Origin: Styela clava
Taxonomy: Eukaryota
DNA length: 64,000 bases
Assembly (NCBI RefSeq): GCF_964204865.1
Contig: NC_135261.1
Location: 10,788,001 to 10,852,000 of the forward strand
Direction of reading: 5' to 3'
Shown here: positions 1-13,957 of the stretch, one piece after another
Numbering within the stretch: the first letter of the stretch is position 1
How the letters are laid out: every line of letters starts with the position of its first letter
Notes under the pieces: model-generated
Databases searched by the model: none
What the model saw: only the letters and a program-made list of their open reading frames with translations
Told to the model about the DNA's origin: nothing
Position numbers and translations under genes: made by a program

Positions 1-785
1 ACAAGCTGCTAATGTTGACATCGGGAACTGCCGGAGCGGAACAGAAGCTACTATTAAATAAATATCATTAAATTAGGGATTCCAGTTCGGCCATAATATT
101 GCACTAATCTGATATTGAAGAGAGAATTCATGCCGAATCAAAAACCCGGGATAGATATGATTGCGCAAAGATGTTAGAACCATTTCATATGCAAGATCCA
201 CATTTACATCGTTGTTGAATTGAAAACCCGCCGAAGATGCGGTTGTGCAGAGATGTTCCGGATATAGTACAGGTGATTTTTTGTTTTTCATTATTGGCTT
301 TTTTTTATCTGTTCTCATGTGTTATGTGCATCCTCTTATAATCTAGCGTTTTTTTTTTACAACCGTATTTCTGAGTCTTTTACAGCCATACTAATGTAGT
401 TAGTTAAAACTATGTTTATGCTTACAATTGTTGATTCAAATGTCTACGAAGTGGACATGTTGAAGTGGAACGAATTCGAAAGTTACAATGACTACTAACT
501 ATAAAATAAATAATATTACAGTTAGGCCATAACATGATATTAGGGCGATGATTGTTGTCAAACTCATGAATTGAAGACTCAAGGGAGACGATCAAGGATT
601 GATAAGAATTTATTTAAAGCCATACGTGCACAAGCGCGGGCAATATAATAAATATATATACTACAGTCTTGGAAGTTTTATGATTTCGTAAGTGTCATTG
701 TATTGTCTTAATATAATACACTTTACATAAATCTGATGACATATGAAGGTTTCAAACTAATGGGCTCTTGCGCAGTTCAGTACCA

Positions 786-1094
786 CAATCCCAACCCCCA
801 TCTGACTACGTCATTTAAAAATTATGTCACTACGACATCACAATCACGTCATAGGGCTTGTGAAATATACGTACGACTGCCCGGAATGGCATCGGCGCCG
901 ACGATAAGGACTCACTAACGTCAGCGATCTCTCTCATACTGAAATCGTCGCGACGAAAAAACGAGTGAAATAGCTGTTCGATTTCGGGTGCGTCGACGAG
1001 CGCGTTTTGGATGACAGTCGCATATTTTGAAGGGCTATATTACGTCGCAATGACGTAATTTTTGGATGGAGTAGTCAGGTGGGGGTTAGGATTG
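786..1094. mobile_element. MITE-like element with ~55-bp imperfect terminal inverted repeats
   Basis: caatcccaacccccatctgactacgtcatttaaaaattatgtcactacgac (from 786) is the imperfect reverse complement of gtcgcaatgacgtaatttttggatggagtagtcaggtgggggttaggattg (ends 1094). No coding capacity; TSD not identified. Confidence 0.6.
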
Positions 1095-2247
1095 ACATGT
1101 AAAAAAATTGTTATGCTACGCCCACTGGAAGTATGTATGGTACTAAATTATACTAGACCTCATTTGTTGTAGGTGCATTCAAATTTACATTTTAAATACA
1201 TATATTTCCAATGTATTCTTCGTTTCGGCTGTTTCACAAATAATTTTCATTATAACGGCTATTAAGAAATGATCTGACTTCCTTTACAGCTCTCGTTTCT
1301 TTGCGGGCGATATATGTTTTTTTTTACAGTTATACGCTTACTTATGCAGTTGAATAATATTAGGCATATATTGATTTGGGGTGGAATAGAATCAGAAATT
1401 CTGGAATTGTGAGCATCTGGATCAGATGGAGGAAATGCGGTTTGGAGTATATGTTCAGTTAAGTATGATGTATTGGAGTGGTATTGATGGATGTGCATCT
1501 GCAGTCCGATTAAAGTCGTTCATTCTTCCAAATTTCTTATTTTGTAAAACCAATGCCCTTGTAATATTTCCATCAACCATTGCGATTCTCTTCTTCTTTT
1601 TCTTAATGAAAGCAATAAGTAAGAAGTACGCAAGGCCCTGTTTCACGTCCTATAGCAATTCCGAAGTTTCCCACTACTAAATTGCCTTTTCAGTTTTCGT
1701 TTGCAGTAATATACACGTGCAGACGAAAGTGGATAAAAGACGAACATTAGCATGACTGGACATGGTAGATGTAAGTAAGTTACCATCAACACAATCATTA
1801 AACATAGATTCAGACCATGTGACGACTGATAGAGATGGAGTAATTACTTGTTATTAATTTTAATATTATTGGGCACGAAATGTACATAAAGATCGTCATA
1901 TGTTATTATATTGTTGTTTTTCTTGTCCATATTCATTTCCTTGTTGCCTTTCTCATTACCAATCAATTTCTTTCAAATTTCCAGTAGTTGAAGATTGTAT
2001 TTTCCGCATAACGGCAATCATTCTTATTTATTTTTAAAAATTCTCTGGGCTTATGAGATTCGTGTTTTTGCGATGAGCGGTAGTCTGCTGTGGCAAATTC
2101 CATACACGGACTACTCATTTTGGCCTTTGTTTCGCCTCACAAGTAATTGGCTGCACTGTTGCTTGTTTCATGCTACTGTCTCCCCCATAAAACTTGTTAG
2201 CCGTTTTTCACCATGATATAATAACAAGCTTTTTGTTTATATCCCAG

Positions 2248-4949
2248 AAACTTGAAATCTGTGATTGAATTTTTTCAAGCGCAAAAGGAAACCTTTTCCA
2301 TTTGGGAAGCAAGAGGAGTGACTTTCCGATGCGTCTCAAATATAAGAAAGTATGTAAGTAAGTAAATATATTTTGTTGCGTTTCTAATGTATTTAATTGA
2401 AGCTGAAAACTGTTATGAAATCAATGTAGTATTTCGCTACGTCTGAGACAAAAATAAGTATGGCTTAAACAATATAATTGAAGAAAATTGATTGAAAGTA
2501 CCTTTAAAAATTTTCAACGAGCAATGTTTTCTATAATGCAGTGGTTTAATTTTACTTCAGAAATCGTCAATCATTGCTCGAAAGTATCCAATGCAAACGG
2601 AAAATATGTGAAGCTACGAACAGCTTTCCCGCGTGCCTCAAACATAAGCAAGCAAGGTAGGTTAGCTTTTTATCATAGACTATTCTGAATTTATTTCTCT
2701 AAAACATTACCCAACCGTGGAGATCTTTCCCGGAGAGGAATTTTGCTCAGCATTAGCTGCAGTACACCTATTATTTTTTATTTCTTCATTAATATTACTA
2801 TAATGGTTAATTATGCCCACATAACATACTTAAATTGTACAGAAGTGTGAGTATGCGCATGATCCATCAAGTCAAATAATAAAAAAATTACAAAATAGGC
2901 GAAGGGGAAATTTAACGATAAAGGTCAGAATCACTGCTATAAAATTACTTACTCTCGTGTTTTATAAATTGTATTCCATTCACACTAAAAATCATTGCTA
3001 GCTTTTGTTCCGATCCAAAAAATTCTATCTGTACCGGCATAGGCATCTATGTGTTAGGTGAAATAAGTATGAATGCAAAACAACATTGGCGGAGGTTACT
3101 TTGCTGATCTGGGAGAGATCAATTATTTTTAAATCGTCCGCAATATTTCTGGTTCGACAGTTTTCTTAACTTGTATTTTGTCATTCAGGTTATGTTCGGA
3201 GGACGAGTATTAGCGAATAAAGTGAAAGCGGATCTCACGGATCAAGAGTTTGTTGAGGTAAGTATATATAGGCAAGATAGTCTTTCCATATTAATCTCAT
3301 TGAATAAAAAAGCTGATAAGACGCCAAAATATGGGCACCACGGCCTCACGTACGGATATCATTATATGTCGAGTATAGGAATAGTTAACCAGTTTTAGCT
3401 TTGGATGCGTGGACTCGATGGCGGAGGGAGCTAATAACGACTAGCGGCTACGTAAACCACCTAGAGAGTCTAGTTCAAATTTAGCCCAGGGGCTAAGTTT
3501 AACCCATTCTATTCCATAACTAATTTATAATTTACAAGATAGATTTGAGAAATTGTATAAATTGCGATTTCAAGTTCAGTATTTACCCATTATCCAAACA
3601 TAATATTCTTCAAACGAAACTCTATCCAATTTTTATAACTTGTCTCGCCCCTCACCTCAAAATTAATGAAACTAACAATGAGCTACAAATAACAGATAGT
3701 AACGCAAATGTATGTGTTATTCAAAAACAACTCATTGAAAATACGTGGATGGAACGTGAATATCCAAAATAAAGAAATGTAAATGTCCAAATACAACGGG
3801 CACGATAAGTAAATGTCCAAATGCAACGGGTGCAATCAACTCTAATATTATTTTATTATATAGGTTTTGTCCGGGTTACGAAACGAGCTAATTGAAGCGA
3901 CAACGGATCTCACAAATCATCTACTGGTTGAATTAGGTATTTTTATAATTGCACGTATAGTAGGAAATGGTCTCCTACCGCAGTGGAGGCGGAAATGTCG
4001 TTCGTTTCATTTACCTGGTACAGTTTTGTTTACTTGTAGTGTCAGTGTACGTCCATTGTTGAGCGAAGTGCACGCCATTCTTGAACGAGGTCTTAAAACC
4101 CAATCCACGGTTTATCAGATTTAGTCAGATATATTATGAAGTGTTCACAAGTTAATATTCCATTTAGAGACTGATAAATAAGTGGCTAAATAAAGCACCG
4201 TCAATGACTCGATGCAGTGATATTGGAGCTAATATTCCAGTAAAAAAACTCTTCTTGATGCTTTTCCTCAGAATATACATACGGATATAAACTGTTGTTG
4301 CAGTTTACATATGCGGCCAAAGTCGAGCTTATGTTGACATACAAATCGTCTTATTACTTATCGATCTTAAGATCAGTAAGTATGTTGATAGGTATTTGTC
4401 TGTCTGTCTGTATGTCTGTGTGTTAGATGCACGCGATATCTCACAAAAGCGAGGTTTAGTCTGCTCCAAATTATGCATGTGCATTCATCATAGCTCGGAT
4501 CAGAAGCCTATTGATGGATGGATTTGGATGGATTATGTGATATAATTAGCGAGTTATTAATTAATTAGTGATGGGACACACGGTGTCACTATGGAGTAAG
4601 ACCACTGTTTTGGGGATCTCCTAACCTTTCGGTTTCTAACCGATATTCTAGTCATTATTATTATTATGTTGTTGCTATAATTGTTCTTGTTGTGAAGACA
4701 ATATCCTCTATTAACTACTAAATATATTGAATCTCAAAAATTCATGTGGGCTCTGATTCGTTGACGTCATCAAAATTAAAATGGTCTCACCTCGTGGGGG
4801 TTTCGCTTGAGCAATCTAATGGCCAGGCCGTACCGGCAGACTACAGTGACGTATTGCGTACCCGTACTACCTATGGTTTTCGCGTATCGAGTTTTACTTT
4901 TTAAAATAATCAATGTCTAATCTGTTTTTATATTTTAGTTGCGTTCTGA
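2248..4949 (+). other. Candidate exons of an unidentified spliced gene or pseudogene
   Basis: AG/GT-bounded blocks at 2248-~2353, 2561-2656, 3189-3257, 3864-3936 and 4939-4949. The last three splice in frame to VMFGGRVLANKVKADLTDQEFVE-VLSGLRNELIEATTDLTNHLLVEL-VAF*. The upstream phases do not join cleanly and I recognise no domain. Confidence 0.3.
4351..4652 (-). mobile_element. ~300-bp non-autonomous Helentron/HINE-like repeat, copy 1
   Basis: Reverse complement of 19954-20250 and 54424-54906. Has an (acag)n microsatellite and the terminal hairpin acttatcgatc-ttaa-gatcagtaagt. Confidence 0.7.
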
Positions 4950-6823
4950 ATTTGGAAGGCCAAAGAAGAGGTCAACACCAAGAAATAAATGAGCGTACCA
5001 TATATATAGAGTATTTTAGGATATGAATCGTGTATCATTATTTTGTATAGCAATCGCTTTAAGAAATTGACTAGTTTATCAAATGTAACGTTCCGTAGTT
5101 TTTTTTTAAAAAGAACTATTTTAATTAATTGTCGTTTCCGATTTTAAAATGAAATTTTACTACGTTATGTTACTACGTTCATTTCGCGTTTGACCAGTGT
5201 TTGATCATGGAAGGTAAATTTTTAAATTTCATTGTTACTCGTTCTAATACTATCTGTACCTGCATCCCAATTAATAGCTCGAAATAAATTCAACTCTCAC
5301 ATTTTTCTGGGCACTGAATGGTTTGCTATTTTGGGGATGAATTCTCCAGATATTTTTTTAGTCTTACACTTATTGTAAGTAAGCTAAGTAATTTGCAATA
5401 TATTTTTTCCTCTTTATGAATAATAAAATTATTGAAGTAATATCATTTTCTAGATGCTTTCGGGTTGTCGGGATATGGGTTTTGTTGAACTAATAAGAAA
5501 CTGAAGCTGAGCAGAGATTGAAGTACAGGGCGCGCCGTGCTTAACGATATGACGTCACGGGCGAGCAGCAATTTTTTGGGGCGCGCTGGCGCCGGATCCG
5601 GGTCGAAGCGATGACAACTGGCCATAGATAAATTGAGTATAATTTCCAAAATTTATCCACGATCATGCCTGATCATGATCTGAATGAAAATTTCAACATT
5701 TACCGTTTTCAAGGTCTGAATCCTTGTATTTTCCTCATTTTGGTTGGGGTTTTTTGGTTGGTCTTTTAACCACAGGCTAGATAGAGTTCACTTCTCGATC
5801 TTTGCGTCACTCTTCCAGTGACGACGTACATTTGATAAGTCGATGTTACATTCGCGAGATTCAAACTTTGGTCTAAAGTCTAAAGACAAAAGTCTAAGTT
5901 CTAATATTTATCTACCACCTCAAACCACTTGTAAAGAAAAAAATCAAATCATTCAAGATGAATGATGAATATTAGAGGTTATACCTTTGCTCTCACGTTC
6001 TTCCATGGAAAATATTTTCTAGTCTGTTATATTTATTAAATTGAAATAACACATCTGCTAAGATATCGGCACAGAACGAAATTTGTGACGGGGCATAAAA
6101 AGAGTAAGCGAGATTTGGATATACCTTGCGCAAGCGCAAAGTTTCAGTCCAATTAGTCAATATAACACTAATATAATTACATCAAATCATGCGTGCCCCA
6201 TTGCGGGTCCCAATTGAAGAGAGTGTTTTTAGATGGCAGTCTATCCCTCTGTAACCGGGTTTTAGGTCAGCGCTTGCTTCGCCGATCCAGATATTCACCC
6301 CACGACAGATGACCAACGTGGGCCATGGTTACCGGTTTGCTCAATTCAATTAAAAATGAAAATACAGATTGTACAATTCTAAAACAACTCGCTATCAAGA
6401 TAAAACTGCCATTCTACGTTTGCTTGATTCGAGGTGAATATTTTCTTTTTCTTCCGTCCAGAACGTACCTGAAAAAAAAAAAACTGGTATAACTTCTGGA
6501 CTAAAATCCAATTACATATCCTGCAATAACAATTATGAGACTACAACACCACATTCTTGGGTTCGAATAACACTCTAATGAATCACTTGGGACAGCGAAA
6601 ATTGACAGCATTCGACTCCATACCAGACAGCCGTGAGTTAAATAAAAATGGGACAAGCGTGTTCAATAGGATTTGAAGACATATATATCATAATATTCAA
6701 TACAATAAATTTATTAAATATTTTAGGTCATTCTCATTTTGGGTGGCAGACAAGCCGACCAAATCATGTGATATCTCAACTGGCAGCAAACACAAAAAAT
6801 CTATATTGATTTCATTTTAGATA

Positions 6824-7059
6824 TGGTACTCCCGAAGTATGTGAACCAAGATGGCGGACACCGGAACGTAGTATGTGTACCAGGTTAGGTTAGGCAATAA
6901 TTCCAGGTACGAATACTACGGGAGTCACTTGGCTTGTCCCCGAACTCGATATAGAACTAAAATAAGGAAAATTGGAATAAAATTATGGCCTAGCCCCAAC
7001 CTGGTACACATAGTCATTCCGGTGTCCGCCATCTTGGTTCACATACTTCAGGAGTACCA
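6824..7059. mobile_element. MITE with ~42-bp terminal inverted repeats
   Basis: tggtactcccgaagtatgtgaaccaagatggcggacaccggaa ... ttccggtgtccgccatcttggttcacatacttcaggagtacca, a near-perfect inverted pair with further internal symmetry (tatgtgtaccaggtt / aacctggtacacata). Confidence 0.8.
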
Positions 7060-7203
7060 ACAAATCATAGCACGGCGAATATACTTGAAATTCAGAATTG
7101 CAGCTAAAATTGGACATTGAATATATATATCGATAAAGATATTGATTGGATAATTTTTACTACATTTTACGCGTTTATAAGAAGACATTGAATAATTACT
7201 TAC

Positions 7204-10200
7204 TTTATCCCGATTTGTAAGATTCATTTCGCCTCGATTCGCTGTTCTGGGCAGAATCTGAATGATAAGTTATGAGTTTAAAAAAATGCAGAATTTTTTT
7301 ACAAGAATAATAACTATCCACATATATGTGGCTATTTGACGGCTGTTTTCTTCTCATTGAGTTATTGAAACATGATTCTTATGAGTTACAACTCGGCGAA
7401 CTGACCGAATGATGGATTCTGTGTTTTCAATAATTTATGTGTCTTGGTGACCTAAAACAATAGAGGTTCGCATACAATCATGGCGTTGAAATATGAAATT
7501 TAAATATCTTCTTAGTAATCAAGATTCGATTATTAAGTCATCAGGTATTCAAAATGCCCGGATTTAGTATTTAATGCCAGTTTAGCGAGTGCTCCCGAAG
7601 TATGTGCACTAAGATGGCGCACAACCTGAAAATAGTATGTGAGTTAGGGTATCAGATTGTGCGCCATCTTGGTGCACATACTTCTGACGACTATTTTCTT
7701 TCCAGTGACTGGTGAGTTATTGATAAAACGTGATTCTTATTGTGGATGACAACTCGGCGCGAACTGGAGTGATGAAATTAGCATGAAGTCAAAACCGCCC
7801 AGCTAATCGAAGTAGAACTTACCAACTGCAGCAACCCCGAGACCAGGATATGATTTTTGGAGAATATACGCGGGTGAAATATTTCATTCCGGCTTCGTTT
7901 CCATATATTTGAGCATTGCTATCTTGTTTCTTCAAAATCTCATTTTGCATTCGTATGCCTGCTATATAAAGCATTTGGTGTAAAAATATTCTGGCGCAAG
8001 ACGGAAGAAAGCTAATAGTCGTATATTATTGTTTTTCAGCGTTTTCAATTGTAACATAAAAAGTTAACAGAGCTGTAATAAGTTGGTAGAAAGAAATATT
8101 TGATGCTGTATTTTTACTCAACTACATTGATGTATATTCACAAAATTATAGCTTTGTTTATGTAGAACAAATTATGGTCACGATCGTTCTTGTTGAATAC
8201 GGAAAATCATTGAGAACGCAGAATTTGCTTTAAAATTTTGTTGTTGGTGAAGCGCTTACATTTATTTAAAAGCATACATTGTACAAACAACACAAACAAA
8301 CAATATACGTCTTTCTTCACAAATAAAAATATTTTTCATATAATAGAAAAACACATTAGACCCACCTGTCCATCACATCGATCAATCGCCACTCGGCTAC
8401 CAGCAGTAACAATATCTTCTACCTTCACAAAGTAATTAAATTCTACCTTCACCTGTATTTAAATTGGAAATTAGAAGACATTTGCTCTATAATCAGGTTG
8501 TGATAAAAACGTTAGATTTTGTAATATTTTTAGGCCAACTACATACCGTTCCATTTATATCGACCAATCGTCACTCGTCCACTAGCAGTATTAATATCTT
8601 CTTCCTTCGCAAAGCCCTGTAATTAGATTAAAAATTTTAAGGCCTTTGCTTTATAATCAAGTTATGAGGAAACTGATAAACTGAAATGTTATTACATTTA
8701 TAGATCAATTCACCCATACCGCGCAGTTCAATGTTTGGTAATTATCAAACCACGAATTAAATCGAGGTCATCCGAGCTTCGATTCGAGTCCAAGTCCGAC
8801 ATCAAGTTATCACTTAGTTAGGTCACACTGGCGGTTAGTTCGTGACGAATCCCGGGTAACTGATCTGATTATCATATTTGGGGAAAGGATCAAAGGAATG
8901 ACCCTACCTCTTGCCTGCCAACAGATATTCTTTTTATATATTTGCGCAAACTAATATTTGTCCCGAGGAACAACTTGTAACTACGATTATTTTTATATAT
9001 TTACAATCGCGAATGATTATTTTTTAAAAGTTTGCTTTTTACTAGATGAATCGGTGAGCATTTTGACGATCTCATGCAAATTTCTAAAATGGCTGGATCT
9101 CGCTTACTATTTATTGGAAAAGGAATTGGAATATATACGGTAGTTCTTCCAAGTAAGAGAATTATTATAAAACGACTTAATTTATTACCTTCAAATGTGG
9201 CACAATGGTGATATAACTGATCATACTTAAACTAATATATCTGTAACAAACTAAATAATACTAAAATAAAGAAAATAAGAAAAGGAAAAGGAGTTATCAG
9301 AATGAAAATATCATCACAGATGGACATGAGTATTGATAAATACTGAGAAGGACAAAAAGAGGCACGGCCCACAAAATTTGTAGCTGGAAGAATGTCCAAC
9401 AGAGGCCTCAAACATGTTTTGTCCAATTGGAGTCGAGCTAAAATCAAGTTGCTAAATATCGCTAATGACCCATTTTTGTTCTTTTCAGAAATTACAAATA
9501 CAAATGACGGAGATTCTAAATTTATAAATTATTTTGTTAAAAAATGACATATGGGTAGACGGAATTCTAGGCAAAAACTATGGTTTATTGTATATCAATG
9601 AAACAAGAGTTCTGGCTGGTTTTCAAATAGTATACATTGCAATTTTAGAAAAATGAAAAAAAAAAAGAATTTATTAAGTTCTGCAAAAACAATAAAGAAA
9701 ACTTTCCCGGTGAAGGCTACATCTTAAATTTAGTTAGTCACACTTTTCAATGATAATGCTTTTTTACAGATTTTGTTCGACAAACAGAACATCAAAGAAT
9801 GTAAATTATCAAAAACATAATGAAGAAAATTCAAAGTAAAAGATCTATCTTTTTTATAAATAAACAAGTAACCTTGATTTTTCATAGGTCTTCATACAAG
9901 GCATACTGACATGGTCATTATTACAGCAAGCAGCAAATCCAAAAAAATTAATGTGTACTCCCGATTTCCAACAGTTGTTCATTTCCAAATTGGACCAGAA
10001 CCCTGATCTGCAATACTTTGATCAATTAACAATATATCGAAGCTTTTTGATTTTTAAACAGCGCACGCAAGCTTGCATTTAAGTCATTCAGCCTCTCATC
10101 AATTTCTTTGAATTGTCGTTCTTGTTATGAAAATAAATCACTTTTATCAGAAATTAATAGACCGATTCAATTTCAATTTTTCAGTATTTAAACATAGAAA

Positions 10201-10861
10201 CTTTGGTTTTTACCATTATCTCTGAGTTCTATGGAGCTCAATATTCTGCGGCATTATTACAATTATTACCGTAAAGTTTTGCCGATTCAGCGAAACAAGA
10301 GAAACAGGCCAGACATGACAGCAGTTAACGGATGTACAGCGTGTTTTTATCACTTTTATTTCACTATTTTTTCTGAGCCTTTATCAACACTAAATTGTTG
10401 TGGAACTGGGTATGCTTCTACCGAATCAAGATGATCTAATTTTAACAGACTTTGCCACATAAAATCAAGAACTTAAGATTAATAAATGTGACAATTATTA
10501 GCCAGTTTAAGCATAAAATGAGGATTAATATTTTTTGATATTTTCTAGATCAATGTATAATAAGCACCCCCATATTTGTGAGACTAAATTTGACGAGGAA
10601 AGTGCGCATTATACGCGGAGAAATACAGTAATATTATATCAGTAATAATACAGTGAATACGAAGAAAAATTCCTTCTCGGCTGGTACACGTTAGTCTATG
10701 TTAATAATATTGGTGGTTGATAACATAAGTTCAAAACTGGTGGTATATATTTTGACAGACACATATCTGCATACAGTGGAAGTTCGGAACTATACTTACC
10801 GCTCTTGCATCTAGCGCAGCTTTTGCAAATTCTTGCCGCTCACCAAGGCTGCCACTTTTGC
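7204..10861 (-). other. Candidate exons of an unidentified minus-strand gene or pseudogene
   Basis: Minus-strand cag...gtaagt-bounded blocks with open frames: 10800-10861 (KSGSLGERQEFAKAALDARA), 7823-7958 (IRMQNEILKKQDSNAQIYGNEAGMKYFTRVYSPK...) and 7204-7257 (ILPRTANRGEMNLTNRDK), plus a duplicated exon-like pair at ~8366-8432 and ~8547-8616. No full model assembled. Confidence 0.3.
7589..7684. mobile_element. Short hairpin MITE related to 6824-7059
   Basis: gaagtatgtgcactaagatggcgcacaacctga ... tcagattgtgcgccatcttggtgcacatacttc. Shares the ctcccgaagtatgtg..aagatggcg terminus with 6824-7059. Confidence 0.65.
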
Positions 10862-11044
10862 CTGACTAAAAACATCCAGATTGTTTAATCAATCCATGCC
10901 CATGGTTATAGAATTATAGCGCCAAACACTCAAAATTGCCGTAGTAACAAGAATAATTCGCTCCCAAGATTACCGGCTGTTTAACGAATTCATAGCAATC
11001 TTCAAACAAATATTTGTGCACACCAAAAAGCGGTGGACAATATG

Positions 11045-11844
11045 TGTTGAGGATGATTACCGGTAATAGTTATCTCTTTCATTCTCATCTATTAATTCTG
11101 CTGGGTGACGACATAGAGTCAATTATCCTTTTTTCTGTATAAAAAAGCATGGTTTAAAGTGTTGCCACATATTGCCATTCTTATGTACATATTTCGATGT
11201 AAATGTCACTTCACATTGGCGTTTGCATATTATCTCACCTATTTAGAATTGTGTTAGGTATAGGCTAATGATCCACTTTGATGACTCTTATTCCATTGAG
11301 ATAATAATTTGTTATTGTAGTCTAGTGCCCTATCTTAATTGTCACTTTGCGCATATTGTGGCAACCTGTTATTGCGACAGTCTCTTGGTTCATCAGTGTT
11401 TGGTGAAGGAGCGTGATTTTTTATGCTGTAGCTTTAATGTTAACTTATAGGAAAATTAGGATTGTATTTTATGCAGAGATGTGTGAGGATAGGAATTAGT
11501 CATTAGGTTTATACTTCAAACTGTTTTATTGTGCATTAAGTTACATCTGTGTATCTAATCAGTTAGGGTTTGGAAGCATTGTAGTCCAAACTATTTTAAA
11601 TCACTTTACCTCACACCAGTGGCCACAATAGTGCTTATACAGTTGAGTGGACGAAATAAAGCAAGTGCGTTTCGTTACTGGGTCTGGTTTTGTGCATGAG
11701 AAATTCAGCGGCTGTCAGGTTCAGTGCGTCCAAACCCTCAGGGCAAGCCCCCCATTAGTGACTCATCAGAAGAATTCTTGACACCACAAATACTCGCTGA
11801 TTGAAGTCAGGGTGTGTACATATATCTGCTTGTCATCTCATTCA
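11045..11844 (+). repeat. 5' LTR (800 bp)
   Basis: tgttgaggatg...gtcatctcattca, a direct repeat of 13958-14733. Confidence 0.93.
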
Positions 11845-11884
11845 TCATTTAAAATAGTTCACGGTCCCCGACTACCGGTGAATT

Positions 11885-13720
11885 ATGGAGGAAAATATAC
11901 GAGACATTGTAGTTGCTTCTATGCTTTCATCTAGCTCAGCAAAAACAAGACTTTCATCAACATTATCGAAGTGCCTTCAGGCAGAACTGATGTTTCTTGA
12001 TGCTCAGGAAGAATTGTTGAAAGAAAAAATAGAAACAGCAATGGCAAAGTTCGAGAAGAAGAAGGTTGAGCTACTTCTAAAGTCTAGTTCATCAAGGGCT
12101 TCGTCTAGACGTCGTGATTCAGTAGATCTCACAAGATTAAAATCTTCTCTGGATGAAACAGACAAGCAACTACCAATAAGACAGTATGCCTTAGATGTAG
12201 GTCCTGCACATATGGTTCGTGAGCCTATGAGTCATACTGCTGTTAGGGAATCTTCCCCTATTACACAGATTACAAGTGAAGAGGTGCTGCAGAGCTGCGG
12301 TTTTGTACCATCTGTGTTAACACATGCTACTGGTGCGCATCATCCAGTAGTAAATTCATATGCAAGTGAAGGAGTGCTGCAGAGCTGCGGTTCCGTACCA
12401 CTTGTGTTAACACATGCTACTGGTGCGCATCAGCCAGTAGTAAATTCATCAGATGTGGGTCACGCGCATATGGTTCGTGAGCCTATGAGACATGCTGCTG
12501 TTAGGGAATCTTCCCCTATTACACAGATTACAAGTGAAGAGGTGCTGCAGAGCTGCGATTTTGTACCACCTGTGTTAACACATGCTACTGGTGCGCATCA
12601 GCCAGTAGTAAATTCATATGCAAGTGAAGGAGTGCTGCAGAGCTGCGGTTCCGTACCACTTGTGTTAACACATGCTAATGGTGCGCATCAGCCAGTAGTA
12701 AATTCATCAGATGTAGGTCACGCGCATAGGGTTCGTGAGCCTATGAGACACGCTGCTGTTTGGGAATCTTCCCCCATTACAAGTGAAGGAGTGCTGCAGA
12801 GTTGCGGTTCTGTACCACCTGTGTTAACACATGCTACTGGTGCGCATCAGCCAGTAGTAAATTCATATGCAAGTGAAGGAAAGCTGCAGAGCTGCGGTTC
12901 TGTACCACCTGTGTTAACTCATGCTACTGGTGTGCATCAGCCAGTAGTAAATTCATACGAAAGTGGTGATCGTCAAGTTGGCGATGGGGTTTATCAGGCG
13001 GTACCGAATCCAGCTTTTTCAATTCAAACAGCAACAAGTGCTGTTCCTCCAGATTATGGAGCTATGATTAACGTTCTTCGAGAAGGCTTCACGTTGCCCA
13101 AAGTTGAACTGATGGAATTTGATGGAACTCCCTTGCATTTCCATGCCTTCGTGAAGTCATTCGAGACTAACATTCATCGTCACCAACATGCACCCGAGAC
13201 AAAGCTCACACAGCTGATTCAATTGTGTTCTGGCATTGCAAAGGATGCCATCAAGAATTTAGTGCTAGTGTCACCACCAAGCAAGGGCTATCAGATGGCT
13301 TGGCGAACCTTATATGAACAGTTTGGTAACCGGAATGTGGTTATTGGAGCTACAATTAAGGAGTTAACAAATGGTCCCAAGATTATGGCAAACGATACTC
13401 AAAGACTTTGTGAGTTTGCCACTCAAATGCGTAACTGTGAGATTGTGCTCAGTGAGTGGAATGCAAATTAATTCATGGATGGCTATGAAAATCTTGAGGG
13501 TATTTTCTCACGCCTGCCCATGTACTTACAACAGAAGTATGCAGACCAATTCGATGACAGGGAACTTTCTACATTTTCACACTTGGTCGCATTCGTGGTG
13601 AAAAGGGCTCAGAAAACTAACACATTTATGGACGAATTGTGGCAAGGAATTCCGCCAAACAGAAAAGTATATCTGCCCCCAAGAAAGGATATGGGACCGG
13701 TGCAAGAATCGAAAATGTGA
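11885..13720 (+). pseudogene. gag: BEL/Pao gag (DUF1759-like) with an in-frame stop at 13469-13471
   Basis: 528-aa ORF with an N-terminal coiled coil and LPKVELMEFDGTPLHFHAFVKSFE...KLTQLIQLCSGIAKDAI...GYQMAWRTLYEQFGN. ORF 13475-13720 continues in the same frame (offset 1590 nt) with the gag-like IFSRLPMYLQQKY. Confidence 0.85.
12194..12959 (+). repeat. Coding higher-order tandem repeat (A-B-B)x3 inside gag, period 258 bp
   Basis: A units (DVGxAHxVREPM...ESSPIT) start at 12194, 12452 and 12710. Each is followed by two ~30-aa B units (SEGVLQSCGSVPPVLTHATGAHQPVVNS). Confidence 0.92.
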
Positions 13721-13957
13721 ATTTTTCTGAATATTTCAGTGGGCTTAAATTTGTGCCTGCGGAGCTAACCAGCAATGATGCTTCTAATGTTGTGTGTACT
13801 TATGCATATTAAGATAAAGAAGAAAGTTCATACTAGGAATCCTGATCTAGTTCACGATGTTAAGAATTTTATTGTATGGTCACATTGTGTTTGATTGTTG
13901 GATCAATCATCCTCATTATTTGAAATAATTTTGTGCACAAAATGATCGGGGCCGGTG

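Noticed and set aside
1262-1680. Minus-strand hydrophobic stretch followed by KKKKKR (TM/stop-transfer-like)
   Set aside because: Frames are interrupted by stops and no consistent exon could be built.
3405-3500. tRNA-like A/B-box sequence (tggcggagggag...gttcaaat)
   Set aside because: No convincing cloverleaf; at most a decayed SINE head, and single-copy in this window.
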